DNA of 63,990 nt, the filler included, from Neolecta irregularis DAH-3 (taxonomy: Eukaryota): assembly GCA_001929475.1 (NCBI GenBank). It is 8 parts of 8 records of this genome, joined end to end, with 100 filler letters (N's around TTAATTAATTAA, not from the genome) between each part and the next. Parts side by side here need not be neighbours in the genome. Positions count along the whole stretch, not along the records: positions 1 to 10,198 come from LXFE01000771.1; positions 10,299 to 25,672 come from LXFE01000773.1; 6 more parts are not named here. One strand, written 5' to 3'. This document shows positions 1 to 13,441 of this stretch, in pieces. The notes under the pieces are model-generated. The model made no database searches, was not told the origin of the DNA, and worked only from the letters and a program-made list of their open reading frames with translations. Each line of letters begins with the position of its first letter. Position 1 is the stretch's first letter. Position numbers and translations under genes: made by a program.

Positions 1-116
1 ATAAGCCATGTTGTGCATTAGCCATGTTGTGCATAAGCCATGTTGTGCATAAGCCATGTTGTGCATTAGCCATGTTGTGCATAAGCCAAGTTGTGCATAA
101 GCCATGTTGTGCATAC
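1..116. repeat. 16-bp minisatellite (AT(A/T)AGCCATGTTGTGC), about 7 copies, running off the window start
   Basis: Direct reading of tandem units; the array decays at about 116. Confidence 0.95.
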
Positions 117-189
117 AGCCAGTGTTATGCTGTCTATGAATACCGTATTATGAATACCGCCAGCATTACAATACCGCCAGGACCGCCAG

Positions 190-912
<723 letters not shown>

Positions 913-1023
913 CCCTTTCCGTCACAAGATTAATTGTTCGTATTTGCGGGGCTGGTATAGAGTTGATTAATCGTGGAGGTCAATCAACGGTCTGAAATTT
1001 CCCAACCAACCTCCCCCTCAAAA

Positions 1024-2261
1024 ATGTCGCTCGACAAACGGAAACAACCCCCCGGTTCCCTATCCTCCCATCTCGTTAAACGTCAAAAAGCAAACTCAGA
1101 TCTCGCCCTTGCAGAAAGCCATAGTTCAAACGGTGCATTAGTTCACTCGATTCCGCGCACTTCTAACTTATCTTCTCCGATCCTACAATTACTCGGCCAC
1201 ACTGTACAGTATTTCTGCTTCAAAGTCTGATGACTAGGCTGAGATATTCGCCTGTCGCTTTAATTCAAACGGCAGTCATATAGCATCAGCAGGCCACGAT
1301 CGCTCGATCTGTATGCACTTGTCATTGCCAAATTAACGTAGTAGTGTTATGGACAACATATGGCGACAACGAAAACTATGGCGTAATAAAAGGGCATAAA
1401 GGTTCGATCCTCGATCTTCAGTGGTCGCGAGACTCCAAAATTCTGTACACCGCTGCAACTGATAATACTCTTGGTAGCCTCTTTACCTCTCTGAATCTCA
1501 CAGACCAGGAATGTGGGATACTTTAACAGGACAAAGGATCCGAAAACATGTTGGGCACGAAGATGTCGTCAACTCGGTTAATGTATTAAAACGGGGAGCA
1601 GAGATATTGGCCAGCGGGAGTGATGATGGCAGTATCGCAATCTGGGATACTAGGCAGAAAACTGCTATCGATTATTACCAAGAACAGTATCCTGTTACAT
1701 CAGTTTGCTTCAGTGAGGCTGGGAATCAGATCTTCTCTGGTGGTCTGGACAATGAAGTCAAGGTTTTCTTTTAACCCAGCAGAGAAATTCTGATAGGCTA
1801 GGTCTGGGATATCAGAAAAAAAGCAGTATCCTTGACTCTTTCGGGACATTCAGATACAATTACATCACTTGCGCTTTCGCCCGACGGCACCTCGCTTCTT
1901 TCAAATTCAATGGATAATACTCTAAACATCTGGGATGTAAAACCATTCGCTGCTGGGGATCGTTTACTGAAATCATTTGAAGGCGCACCACATGGCTTTG
2001 AAAAGAATTTAATCAAGGCAAACTGGAGCTTTGACGGACGATTCATCATGGCTGGGAGCGCGGACAAAACGTTGACGATATGGAACGCTGACTCTGCTCA
2101 AATTATCTACAAACTTCCAGGCCATAAAGGCATTGTTAATGATTGTGGATTTCATCCACTGGAGCCCATCAGTATGTGTTCACCCAGATAGTTGCTGATT
2201 AGGTATAGTTATGTCTGCTTCAACCGATCGATCAATTCTTTTGGGCGAGATTTCTGCGTAA
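1024..2261 (+). CDS. SNRNP40: U5 snRNP 40 kDa WD40 protein (SNRNP40/Cwf17-like), spliced
   Basis: RTSNLSSPILQLLGHT|AEIFACRF, WD repeats, WDVKPFA, FEGAPHGFEKNLIKANWS, YKLPGHKG; introns include 1204-1237 and 1763-1801. Confidence 0.9.
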
Positions 2262-2350
2262 GCTGTTTGTAAAAGTAGACTGTGTGTATTGGGTATCTTT
2301 GAAAATTAATCTACAAAATGCAAAACGCCAACTCATCGCCACTGATATGA

Positions 2351-2641
2351 TCAAAAGTCCGTACACCTCCCACCAAAGCTGTAGTCCCCGTGTCTTAGCG
2401 GATCTGTCTTTGGGCCTCCAACCTCCCCTGTTTTGGGATTTCTTTCCCCCTCGAAATCAGGTTGAGGTTTTTGACGTAGATCAGGGTGAATGTTGGGATC
2501 TGCGGTGGTATTGGAGAATGCCCCACGGCTAAAGTTCTGCAGTCGCTCGAATTCAGTTTGATCTTTCTCCGGAAGAGGTAGTGGAGACTGTCTTTTGAGA
2601 TTTGTAGAGTAAACCCGGCGACAAAGCGTACGAAGGAACAT
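2351..2641 (-). CDS. SDH8: Succinate dehydrogenase assembly factor 4 (DUF1674)
   Basis: C-terminal NPKTGEVGGPKTDPLRHGDYSFGGRCTDF motif; mitochondrial-type N-terminus. Confidence 0.92.
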   Translation of the reverse strand: MFLRTLCRRVYSTNLKRQSPLPLPEKDQTEFERLQNFSRGAFSNTTADPNIHPDLRQKPQPDFEGERNPKTGEVGGPKTDPLRHGDYSFGGRCTDF

Positions 2642-2736
2642 TGTGGTTGTATGCAGATGTTGAATCAACGTCTCAAAAGAATGCTCCCTATCCCCAACTC
2701 CACGGTATTATAAGATTATATTTATTTCCTCATCCA

Positions 2737-3324
2737 CTACTGCTTGAATCGATACGGCAATAGCCTCATCATTTTCATATACCTCATACCCCTCCAGCTT
2801 ATCCACATTTCACCTCCTGACCGTTGGATGTTCCAACTCGATGAGTCTGATAGACTTTTCCTCATTTTCCCAGCCCGGCGAACTTCAACCATCTGCAACA
2901 GACACATTCCAGATTGCTGCACCATCCCAGATAAATATGTTGGTCTGCATTGACAGGCCGCCGCGATGTCGTTGTACAAATTGTCTTGGTCATTCTATTG
3001 GTTTAGTGATAATAACGTCGAGAACAGATATACCTCAATTTTCCTCCATTCCTCTTCTTGCACTTTTGTTGAAAGGTTACGCGAATCACAATATTCTTCT
3101 TCTATGAACTTCCGATCTCGGGTGTCGCATGATTGTTTGCGAATAAGATATTTCGTTTGAAGAGTTCGTAGGTCTCCGAAACGTTGCTCCGAATATATTG
3201 ATTTTAGCATCTTCGATTGTCGAAGCTGGATCGAACCTATTCGCTTTGTAAAGACTTGTTGAGCACACATACTATTGCTTAGTATTCAGAATCGTGTTAT
3301 AATTATATACTGTTCCTCAGCCAT
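2737..3324 (-). CDS. Possible spliced hypothetical protein
   Basis: ATG at 3324 followed by a short GT..AG intron and two consecutive ORFs; no recognisable motif. Confidence 0.3.
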
Positions 3325-5278
3325 GCCTTCACGATACAATTGTTGACGTGAGGTGTGCTCTCCAGCTTTAAATCTGGGTTTCAAGAAGACGGATGTGTGA
3401 CACTCAACTCGTGAGCATGGCCCTGTGATTTATCCAGCTGCTGCGGCTTTACGGCAGCAAACATCTAGCAATGATGAATCAAGTTTTTGGGCTATTCACC
3501 GCACCGTTAGTAATACGCGACGATACCCGCGTGGAGGTGATCATGCCGTGAAACTTACTCTGTAGTTGTACCCAGTGGAGCTAAAATAGAGCCTTCTGAC
3601 CGTATTGGTAAAGTAGTCGATTCCACCAAATTTTGAAGATCAGGTTCTTTATCAGATTCAATCCTACGCAGTAGAATTGCATAAACGAATCTCCCCAACA
3701 AAATGACATGAACATCTCTTCTAAAAACTCTCGCGAGTTTCAAGATATATAATGCTGGTTCAATGAATTATATGTTTCAGCAGGATCAGCTGTCTTGCCG
3801 CTAAGAATTCTTTGATGCTATCGTTTGAACTTCTGGATATCTTCCAATAACGAACCCTCGTCACAAATCGTGGCCAAGACTTCTCATGAACGTTGCTGGT
3901 TAACATGGATTAATACAAGGGCTAGAATGTCCTGCAAGCTGTACACTCTTCCTTTTGGTGTTCACTGTTTGCGGCGAAGTTTGTAGAAAAGTGACGCGTT
4001 GAAGCACTAGCATTCGTTAGACTAGGATCGGAAAAAAGGGCAACGAAAATCCAGAGCTCTTTATCTTCCGTCACCATCACTAGCAGGTTTCTTCCTTCCC
4101 ATTACTCTTATTTGTGACGCAAAAGGTTTTATCATCATTCAACTAGACAAATGGGAGTTATTAGATATTTGTTTTTCGTCATCACTTTCCGTGCTTGCTG
4201 ATGAATCATATAGCCCCTTAACTGAATTGTGAGCTGCCAAGTGGGTTTATCAGTTTCATCAAATAATCACTCAATTACCAAAATCAGCCAAATGCCTTTC
4301 ATATTGCCTCTATGGACTATTCCATATAGTTCTACTAGATCCTCCACTATAACAGTGACAAGATAATCATTTCAAGCTACTTTGAGGGGTAAAATTCTGC
4401 ATTAAAGCCAAAAGGAAAATATCTCAGACGATTACCACGCCAACAAAAAGGCATGCTGAAGAGCGACAAACTGGGGCTCGGTGCCAATATTATAGAACGA
4501 AGCCATTTCCCTTCAGGCTAAAGCACTCAATAATCGATAGTTGAAATCTCAATTTCGTCCAACAAGCGATAGAATTAGAAAATAATTTATAAATGGTTCA
4601 GCAAACTTGCCTAAATATCCTCTTGCTATTGTTTTCATAAAAACGGAAATCGTTTTTATGACGATATTATTTCGTTTGATCAAAGAATTCAAATACCTTT
4701 TTTCCCATCTTGTATGATGCATCAAAGATTCTGGGCATAACCTCAGCCTTCGATTTCATAGTAAAGCCTGTTATAAGAATCCAGGCTTGTAGTCAACATA
4801 TTCTGCTAGTTGAGGTTCTTTTGAGAGCGATGACTTATGTAGGCTATGTCCAATTTAACTCCTCGCTAGACTCAACTGTCGATCCAATAAGAACTTTCAT
4901 TTTTCGCTCGTTTAATTTTTCCCATCTCCTTGATATTCCATATGGAGCACAACTAATGTGGATTTATGACTATGCGACTCATAGAGTAGGAGTAAAGTAG
5001 AATGACTAATATCAATGTCATGATGACATGATGTACGATTGAGCAATTAAATTGCATTTAATGCTACAGCAGACAGAGGAAACGATTAATGTGTACAAAG
5101 AACAAATCAGATATATGTCTGGAAGTACAAAACAGATTCCTGGTTGAATTAACAAGGAAGAGAAAATATTGATCTCCCAGGAATTAAGTGGTTTGATCTC
5201 ATTAGCAGGCTCTCGTTTATTTTGAATCATCGCACAATTCTATACTTATACAGAAACGAGTTATGCACATGATGACAC

Positions 5279-6266
5279 CTATACTTCCTCTTTTCTTTCT
5301 AGGTTCTTGGATACTTGTGCATCATATTCATCTTTGATATTGTCAATCTTTATAGTCAAAAGTTTCGCAATGACCTTAGCCAATTGCTTCCTCTGCTTTT
5401 CCAACTTGCCGACATATTTAATCGACTCTTGATATTTGTTTGTCAGTCCCAAGTGCCTGTCATTGTCACTTTCTAATGCATATATTCTTTTCTCTAGCAA
5501 CGCATTGTGCCCCCGAAGATAACCTGCTTCGGTGTTAGAATCTTTGAGTTTGCTTTCGAGATCGTTGATACGCTTTTCGAGTAGCTGTATGCGTTTTTTA
5601 GAGCCAGATTGATAGTCAGTAAGAGCAATCACTTTCATGTTCAAACGGCAAGCCAATGAAGTCTTTTCAAAGAGCTGCGAAAGAAGACTTTCTTCTTGAG
5701 CTCGAGAATCGTTATAATACATGTGGGGCAAAGGCATAAGCTCAGCGTCGGAGTTATTCTGAGAGTGCAAGGAAGCTGAGGCATGCTGAAATCGTTAAAA
5801 TCTGAGATTTACACACAGTCACCTGTGGAGTATAATATATACTGGCATTTACACATGGAATGTCTTTAGTTGGGGTGAAAGGTGCAGTAGAAGGGTCGAA
5901 GACAGTACGCCGAGAAGACGGATTGAATGGTCGTAGATGAGTGTTGAATTGCGCAGACATCGGGGTTGGGAAGTGATCCTGATGACAAGTGGAAGAATTC
6001 ACGATTTTAGTGAGTTCTGTGCCTTTTGATATCGCTTTCTGTGTTTCTTCCGTCGGTGTATCTGCATAAGATCGACCTTCGTACCACTTCTTAATATGTC
6101 TCTCGTCTCCTTTGTGTTCTTTGAGAACATTGTGAAGTTCGAGATAACCATGGGCAAAGGCACAAGCTTCACCATATTGACAGCTTTTCTCGCTCTTTTT
6201 CCAGTCTCGACATATTCTCGTTTTGCGAGCTCGTAAGGGATGATGACGGTCTTTCAGCGGATGCAT
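5279..6266 (-). CDS. CCCH zinc-finger protein with C-terminal coiled coil
   Basis: KTRICRDWKKSEKSCQYGEACAFAHG finger; intron 5786-5822 joins the two ORFs in frame; heptad-rich second exon. Confidence 0.75.
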
Positions 6267-6775
6267 AAGGGAATGGATGTGTGATATGATGAAAAGAAGT
6301 AGCTAGTGCAGACAGGTGGAGGTTAGAAGTCGAGATGACCGTACATCTTCGCGTATGCTGTAATGCATTCCCCAAGCAGGAGGGAGTCTGGAGATAAGTT
6401 AAGAAATAATTAGATTCCAGAAGGATAAAGAGATTATTGTCTCTGGATTACTTATTTGCACTTGCAATAAGGCCTATGTTGAGGACATATCTTTCACAAC
6501 TTTTAATAACTTCGGGTTGCATTACTTCGGTCAATCATGACATATCTGTAATTTATTTAGCCCACTTTGAACGACAATATCGTCTATTTCGAGAAATGGT
6601 CTAGGATTAAAATATATATTGTTCAAAAGCTGTTATAATATTGAGATGTAACCGGAGCTTGGTATGAGGATCATGAATGAGTTTGAGTTCCTTCATAACG
6701 ATCCAAGTGTAGGGAACATATTGCATTATTGAGGAGAAAATCATATTCTGCCAAATCCAGTGGTTTCTTCAAGCA

Positions 6776-8473
6776 TTATATCTTTTCTATCAAAGTCTCC
6801 ATGATTAAGGACTTGACTAATTCTACCTTGGGTTCCTGGATATAAACCATCCTCTTTTCTCTTTCCAATAGTCCTTTAAATTCATCCGGCATAATAGTCG
6901 AAAAGTCGTAATTTGAAACATCTTTCAGAGCAAGAATGACTGCTTGATTGAATTTTGCGGGATGGGCTGTCGACAACACAATTCTGATGGTATTTTCGTC
7001 CCTACATTATTAGCACGGGTTCAAAGGAGCAGCACCTCTGCATTCTTTCAGCTGCAGTAACTCCAACAGCAGTGTGCGGGTCAAGTGTGTATGACTTGTA
7101 TCCGTCAGATGCGGTATAGTATTTAGCAATTGTAGCTAAAGTCTATTCTATTAGCAGAAGACAAGAAAGGGAAATAACACCTCTGCGTCTCCTACTCGCG
7201 TGCTATCGAAATCCCTTTTGGCGGCCTCCAAAACTTCTTTGGAAACTGCGAATTTACCATCTTGCTTCAATTGGTGCATCCACCCAGTAATGGCTTCCCC
7301 AGCATCTCTGGGTTCGTTTTCATCTGCTAAGTACCACAGTAACCTCTCAAAATTACTCGAGACAAGAATATCCATTGCTGGGGAAACGGTTTCCTGCACA
7401 CCTCCAGTATAGACGGATGCATCATCGCCAGGTAATCCTTTCGTGTCATCCTGTGAATGTAATTCAGATACTGGCAATTTTTCATAAACACCCGATTTAA
7501 AGAAGCGATCGAGAATGTCATTGGCGTTCGTAGCGATAATTAATTTCTCCATAGGTAATCCCATTTTCTTTGCATAATATCCCGCCAATATGTCTCCGAA
7601 GTTTCCTGTCGGAACGATGTAATTGACTTTTTTGTCCGTGATATCTCGTCCTCGCACTAGCTGAAAGTATGAATGAAAATAATAAATTATCTGAGCAAGG
7701 ATTCGTGCCCAATTGATTGAATTAACGGCGCCTAAATGGTACTTGATGTTGAAAGGCTTGTCTGAGAACAATTCCTTGACAATATCTTGACAATCGTCAA
7801 AAGTACCTTCAACAGCAATGTTATGCACGTTCGAATCGAGAACAGTGGTCATTTGAGCTTCTTGAATAGGAGATATTCGACCTTTGGGATGCAGAATGAA
7901 TACTGACACATCTTTCTTGTTCCGCAAACCATATATAGCAGCACTAGAATAAGTATGTTTGTATTTGGGGACGAAGTACCTCCCTGTGTCACCGCTTGTT
8001 GCTCCTACCACAGTAATGTGTGATTTTATGGGGGAATCTGCGTTCTTTCGAGCGAGAAAATATTCGAAAAGATTTCCAAGAAGTTGAAGAGCCACATCTT
8101 TGAATGCATATGTCGGGCCATGGAATAATTCGAGAAGATATAATTCCTCATGTGGTCGAAGAGGATATAACGGAGCAACATCCTTAGCTCTGAAACCCGA
8201 ATAACTCCGATCTATCAAATTCTTTAAATCCCGCGAAGGAATTTCTGCCGGGTCGATATACAGGCTCAGAATTTTGTGGGCGAGTTCCTGAAAAGACAAA
8301 TCCGACCAATCCGACAGAAAGTGATCGGGTAAAGATGGGATGTCATGTGGAATGAATAAACCACCGTCGCCTGCCAGACCAGTCAAGACAACTTGTTCAA
8401 ATGAAAACTCTGATGACCCCCCTCGGGTGCTTCGATAGATTTGAGACAGTGATCTTGTGGGTGACCGGGACAT
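6776..8473 (-). CDS. THR4: Threonine synthase
   Basis: YRSTRGG, GLAGDGGL, ELFHGPTYAFKDVALQ (PLP lysine), GATSGDTG, NSINWARI, PTGNFGD, LSTAHPAKF. Confidence 0.97.
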
Positions 8474-8797
8474 GATGATTGGCGGTGACGCTAGAGTTCT
8501 GTTTTTTTACTCTCGGTTACTCCATACCTTCACCATTTATCTGCTGTTCAATAGAAATATAGAGTATGAATATCACAACATTTCAAATTCGTTAGAAGTT
8601 TTTCAGTTTGTGCGCTGAGATACTCGGCCCACTAAAAATTAGTAGACTCGGTGTTATCCGAATGGTACTCCCAGCTGAGGTACTGAAGCTTTGACTCTGT
8701 ACTATTTGAAACATAGGTGAATTTTCTGGGTATCTCGTTTCCGGAGTCTTTTACATTTATTACTTTAACATTCCATTTTGTTCTCAGATATCATATA

Positions 8798-8859
8798 CTG
8801 CGTGTCCAACCGCCCGCCTGCCGGAACATTCTCGGGCGGGCAGGCGGTTGAACATACTG
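8798..8859. mobile_element. Tiny palindromic MITE (hAT-like)
   Basis: Imperfect inverted repeat CTGCGTGTCCAACCGCCCGCCTGCC / GGGCGGGCAGGCGGTTGAACATACTG; flanks ATCATATA / ATTATATG resemble a decayed 8-bp TSD. Confidence 0.55.
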
Positions 8860-9595
8860 ATTATATGAAAGCCTCCATATTCCAGAATTTTAGCTCTTGA
8901 TAAACGGAATTCTAAACTTTAGTTCCAGTGATCTGAATAATGCTATCCAAAAATATTTTCATCTCCAATCATTCGGAAATAATAGATTATTTGCATCGCT
9001 GACCTCAGGACGATCAAACCTAAATAGAGTCGAATTGAATCTTGACATCTTCAAAGAGTTGCCGAAATAGTCAGGCCTCGCCATATCCATAGCAAACATG
9101 GGTAGCTAAGGATTTTGATTAACTATACCCATGACATCTCTCGGTCGATCAACCAATTGTCAATTTCCCTTTTCGTGAGAAACTTAATTTATGTCTCACT
9201 GTGATCTATCTTGTTACAGTAGAACTTAGGTGTCGGGAATCTCCGTACAACGAATTCCTCATTAAAACGAACCCAAACGCCTTCCAAAATCAAAATGTAC
9301 AAGGTCTAACGTAATATCATGATAGAACGAATCCTCCATATAACAAATACAACACCCCTGAACGCCACATTAGTTATTACCAGGTTCTATTGTAGATTAC
9401 AGTGATAATATGACATGCCTTAATATGTCGGCTAAGACAATTAGATTGAACCAGTTGAATTACAAATGACATTCATTTAAATATTGCGGGTATAAATGAA
9501 GAAAAGTTTCCACTATCGCAAAATTATACCCTTGAACTGTCCCTAAAGCATCTCCTTACCGTTTTCTACACCATATCTGTGAGGCGAATATTCTT

Positions 9596-10198
9596 ATGCA
9601 ACTTGAAATTCTTTACATATTTGTCGGTTTACTCTTTCGACTGGTAGACTGTTCCAACTACGATCCTATCAAGCACGCAACTTGGCAAATTTATGACGCT
9701 GTGAATGATGTCAGATATCTTCCCAGTAGAGGGATTGGTGATGAAGATAAAAAAAAGTTATTAAAGGTTACCGAATGGAAACCAAATGATCCCCTCGGCG
9801 GTTTTGTGCCAAGCACTGGGAAGATTATTTGTGAACTACATTCTCGTCATGATCTTGAAGAGAATAAACATCTCTTGAAAGTATGCCACGATGCTGGGAG
9901 GCGAATTGCTGAAGTCGTCTCGATTCGTGAAAATATCAAACTGCTTTTCACTTTTCATGAATATTTACATTCTAAACAAAGTGCTCTTTCATAATCTACT
10001 GTGCCTTACATTTCAGCAATCGCAAGCACTGAATGTGGTACTTACATTCCTGTTTTGGATCTAGGCAACGAAATAAGGTCAGTGCATTGCAATATCCCAA
10101 ATTTCTTATGAGACAGGTACTATCCTCAGCCACTTGTGAAGAATATGTTTTTCCCATGGGAACACGAATCATTGCAAGCACCTTTTATGGAATATGAT
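9596..10198 (+). CDS. Secreted protein, N-terminal part, truncated by the gap
   Basis: Signal-peptide-like MQLEILYIFVGLLFRLVDC; downstream exons read DRYYPQPLVKN and PFMEYD. Confidence 0.55.
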
Positions 10199-10298
10199 NN
10201 NNNNNNNNNNNNNNNNNNNNNNNNNNNNNNNNNNNNNNNNNNTTAATTAATTAANNNNNNNNNNNNNNNNNNNNNNNNNNNNNNNNNNNNNNNNNNNN
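10199..10298. other. Artificial contig linker (N44-TTAATTAATTAA-N44)
   Basis: Identical 100-nt linker, with stops in all six frames. Confidence 0.98.
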
Positions 10299-10409
10299 GA
10301 CCGTCCAGACCGACTTGACCTTTGGTCTGGTCCGTCTGGACCGAAATTATTGCCGGTCTGGTCTGGTCTACTTGGACGGGCTATTTGGTCCAGTCGGTTA
10401 GGAACGCTG
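10299..10409. mobile_element. End of a hAT-like element/MITE (GACCAGACC subterminal repeats)
   Basis: Ends TGGTCCAGTCGGTTAGGAACGCTG, the reverse complement of the element start at 57701 with one mismatch. Confidence 0.8.
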
Positions 10410-10807
10410 CTCGGCCGGGAGGGCGGGTCAAAAGTTCTCCGGCGCCCGGATCAAAACCCGCTGGTGGCAGCATGAATTAACAATTTACCTAGTTGCAATC
10501 CCGCATTCACTCAATAAGAAAAATTGTTAATATAAATTGATTTCTATCTGGCCATTTCTTCAGTTGCTATCATTTCTCCTCTTGACTATTTACAAAAAGC
10601 CCGTTAAGCGACTCTTAACAGGCAAAAGCGGTAGAATATCAAATGCTGTAACCGCATTGTGTGGAGCTCTAGAACAGGTGTTTTGTTTTTCTGCAAGTTG
10701 GAGGTTCTAATTATTCGTAATTCTGTGTTGGGTTTATGAAAGGGAGTCGCCTTATTTTGGGAGCTACTTTGCAATCGGACCAATCCTGTTTACCCCTTAC
10801 GCAAGCA

Positions 10808-12070
10808 ATGAGCGGACCAAAGATTTTTTATTCCGCAATCGCAATTGCAGTCATAGCATTCGTTGGACGCTTTCTGAATGAGACATACACGATAATGGGA
10901 TACAGACGTTCGGATTTGACGTTGAAAGGCGTAGAACGATGTCAGTCAGTATATCCACAATTTCTGGTCGCTTGCGAGTCTTTCAATCTTCATGAATCTC
11001 AGTAATGAGTCTTTTCTCTTTTCTATGGTTCTAATTTGACCACTAGTGCTGGACGGGTATTATATATCGGATGTCCAGAGTCTATGGAAACGTATTTTCC
11101 AGGACATTTGAAAGATACGCATGATGGTCCGATTCGTGGAAAGATATTCACATACAACATCGATGTAAGAAGCGACTATAGTCTCTACTGAGCTAGAGAC
11201 TGAAGAACTGGTCAACCTCGAACTGAAAGATTTTCCCGAGATGTCCGATTTCCTTCCCCTTGGTTTTGATATCTCGGACATGGATGATTCAACCGTTCAA
11301 ATCACGATCATCAATCACAAGCATGGTGGAAGCGTCCTTGAGCGGTTTATTCACAATCTCAGAGAATCATCTGTCCTGCATATAGAAACAATCCAGTCTG
11401 AACTACTTACCTCGCCAAATGATGTTTACGCCGTTCAAGATGGATTTTATATCACCAATGATGCTCTTTATCAGACTCAACCGAAACGGAATATCGAACA
11501 TTTGCTTCGTCTCCGTCTATCTAATGTTGTGTACTACGACAATGCAAAAAAAGAATTCAGGAAGGTTGCTGGTGGATTCGTTTATGCGAGTGGTCTTACC
11601 GGGAACGGCGACAGCGTTTTTGTCAGCGATCTTTTATCTAGAAGAGTCTCTGTCTTTGAACGGTCTGAAGGAGGAGATCTTAAATTCATTCAGAATGTCC
11701 AGGTGGACTTTTTGCCAGATAATTTAGGTATTTCAATTATTCTCCTCGTAATGCTAAAATTGAAGCTTTCATATCCAAGACCAAGGATCTCGTGGTAGCT
11801 GGATTCCCGTTTTTCATCAATACATGGAAATCACTTAAAGACTGCAGTGTAGCTTCAACGAGCGTCGTTGCGCGAATACCTACAGATCAGCTAGGTGGTC
11901 AGTTTTTCGGTGGCGGTTACGCAGCTCAACCATCTGTAGAGGAAATTCTTTTTGATGTATCCGGGAAGATCAATGGATCGACGCAGGCAATCATTGATCC
12001 AAAATCAAAACAGCTTTTTGTCACTGGTTTCAGAAACCGTGGTATGTTGAAATGTACTGGTATTGAATAA
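10808..12070 (+). CDS. Paraoxonase/arylesterase-like six-bladed beta-propeller protein (spliced)
   Basis: N-terminal membrane anchor, ACE, FLPLGFDI, INH, SPNDVYAV, FYITND, PDNLS motifs. Confidence 0.8.
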
Positions 12071-12270
12071 ACGATGTGTGTCAATATTAGAATTCGCTGG
12101 TTCATCATTATGATTCCACATAGTGTAGGATGTTCTTGAATTTGATACAGCATCAACTGAATATAGATGGGTTATTTTTGTCGCTTTGTTGAAAAATTAC
12201 AGCGTATCCATATTGTGATCACGAAAGTGGAGTGTATTGCAACTTGCAACCTTCCACCAATACTCCCGCC

Positions 12271-13283
12271 ATGAGTAGTCTATCAGCGCAAACAGGCGCT
12301 TTCAAAAAGCAACTGAAGAGCCAGCCGACATATTCAAAACCTGTTATTCCTCGCGTCGCTCCAAATTCTGGCTACGTTTCTTCAAATGCGCCGTCGCCTG
12401 CCGCCAGCGATGTAGGAACTCCAACAGTCTCCCCCTCAAAACCGAAGAAAAAGCCGAAGTCCAACATTGGTCCGTTTAGGAAAATTCGAAGGGTCTAATT
12501 GGGTATAGTCTATTCCCAGCCTGCCGACACGGGAGTCGGGAATGTGATGCAGACGCAGTTCGTGTATGCGGTCGAATACTTAAAAGTTCAAAAATCCTTA
12601 ATATTGATATCAGGTTTACGTTTTAGAAGCACGAATGTCCAAAGACAGCATCTGAGATATCTGGTTATCTTTCTCAACCACTATCACAATCGCTTATTTC
12701 CTTTTTGCGATCAAATTCGAAAATTGCATATGACAAAGCGACGGACACGTATACTTATCTCCCCAAGCATAACGTACGGTCGGCGGAGGCATTGGTATTG
12801 TTTCTGGAGTCTAAAAATACCGGCGAAGGAGTTCTCTTTAAAGATCTGGAGGATGGATGGAGTGCAGCGTTGAACGAAATCGAGAGACTGGAGAAGGAAA
12901 AATCAATTTTCGTTGTTCGACGGAAGGACGTTCCTCATATGATATGGTGGAACGATCAACGGATGGATATTATTGTTGAAAATGGTTAAAAGATTTTAGT
13001 TCACAATGGCATTCTGACCAACAGACTTTAAAAGGATTTGGGAGGAAGAGAAACTTCCTAATTTGGAGAATCTGCCACGGACCCTTGAGAATGGTACGCC
13101 CCTTTGCCTTCTTTACATAGACTGATCGACAAAGCGGGCCTGAAACCCTGTTCTGCGGATCCGTTGACTGTTCGACAAGCACATGCCGAGCAAAAGTTAA
13201 AGAAACCCAAGAAACGGGCGACAAAGATTACAAACACGCATTTGAATGGCATTTTGAGGGATTTTAGTGCCAATAGGAAGTAG
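12271..13283 (+). CDS. TFA2: Transcription factor IIE beta subunit
   Basis: IVYSQPADTGVG, TQFVYAVEYLK, PKHNVRSAEAL, DLEDGW, KITNTHLNGILRDFS; introns 12470-12508, 12586-12626 and others. Confidence 0.93.
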
Positions 13284-13441
13284 CGGGACGGTAGCGGGAG
13301 GGGTATCCGCGTTTCTTTTCGGGTTTGGGATTCACTGTGTAGACTAGAGGTGTTGTAATATAGCTCCGAGCTAGCCGGATACACCCTACATCTACTGGGA
13401 GACGCAAAACCTCCTTTTCGTCTTTCCCATCAAGTCGTTGC

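Noticed and set aside
1..116. Telomere or CRISPR array
   Set aside because: No spacers, no telomere-like G-rich unit, and it directly abuts a housekeeping gene in a eukaryote
3330..5270. Short ORFs suggesting a decayed gene
   Set aside because: No recognisable motif or consistent exon chain
10243..10254. Recurring TTAATTAATTAA palindrome
   Set aside because: Always centred in 100-nt N runs; a synthetic six-frame-stop linker, so adjacency across it is meaningless
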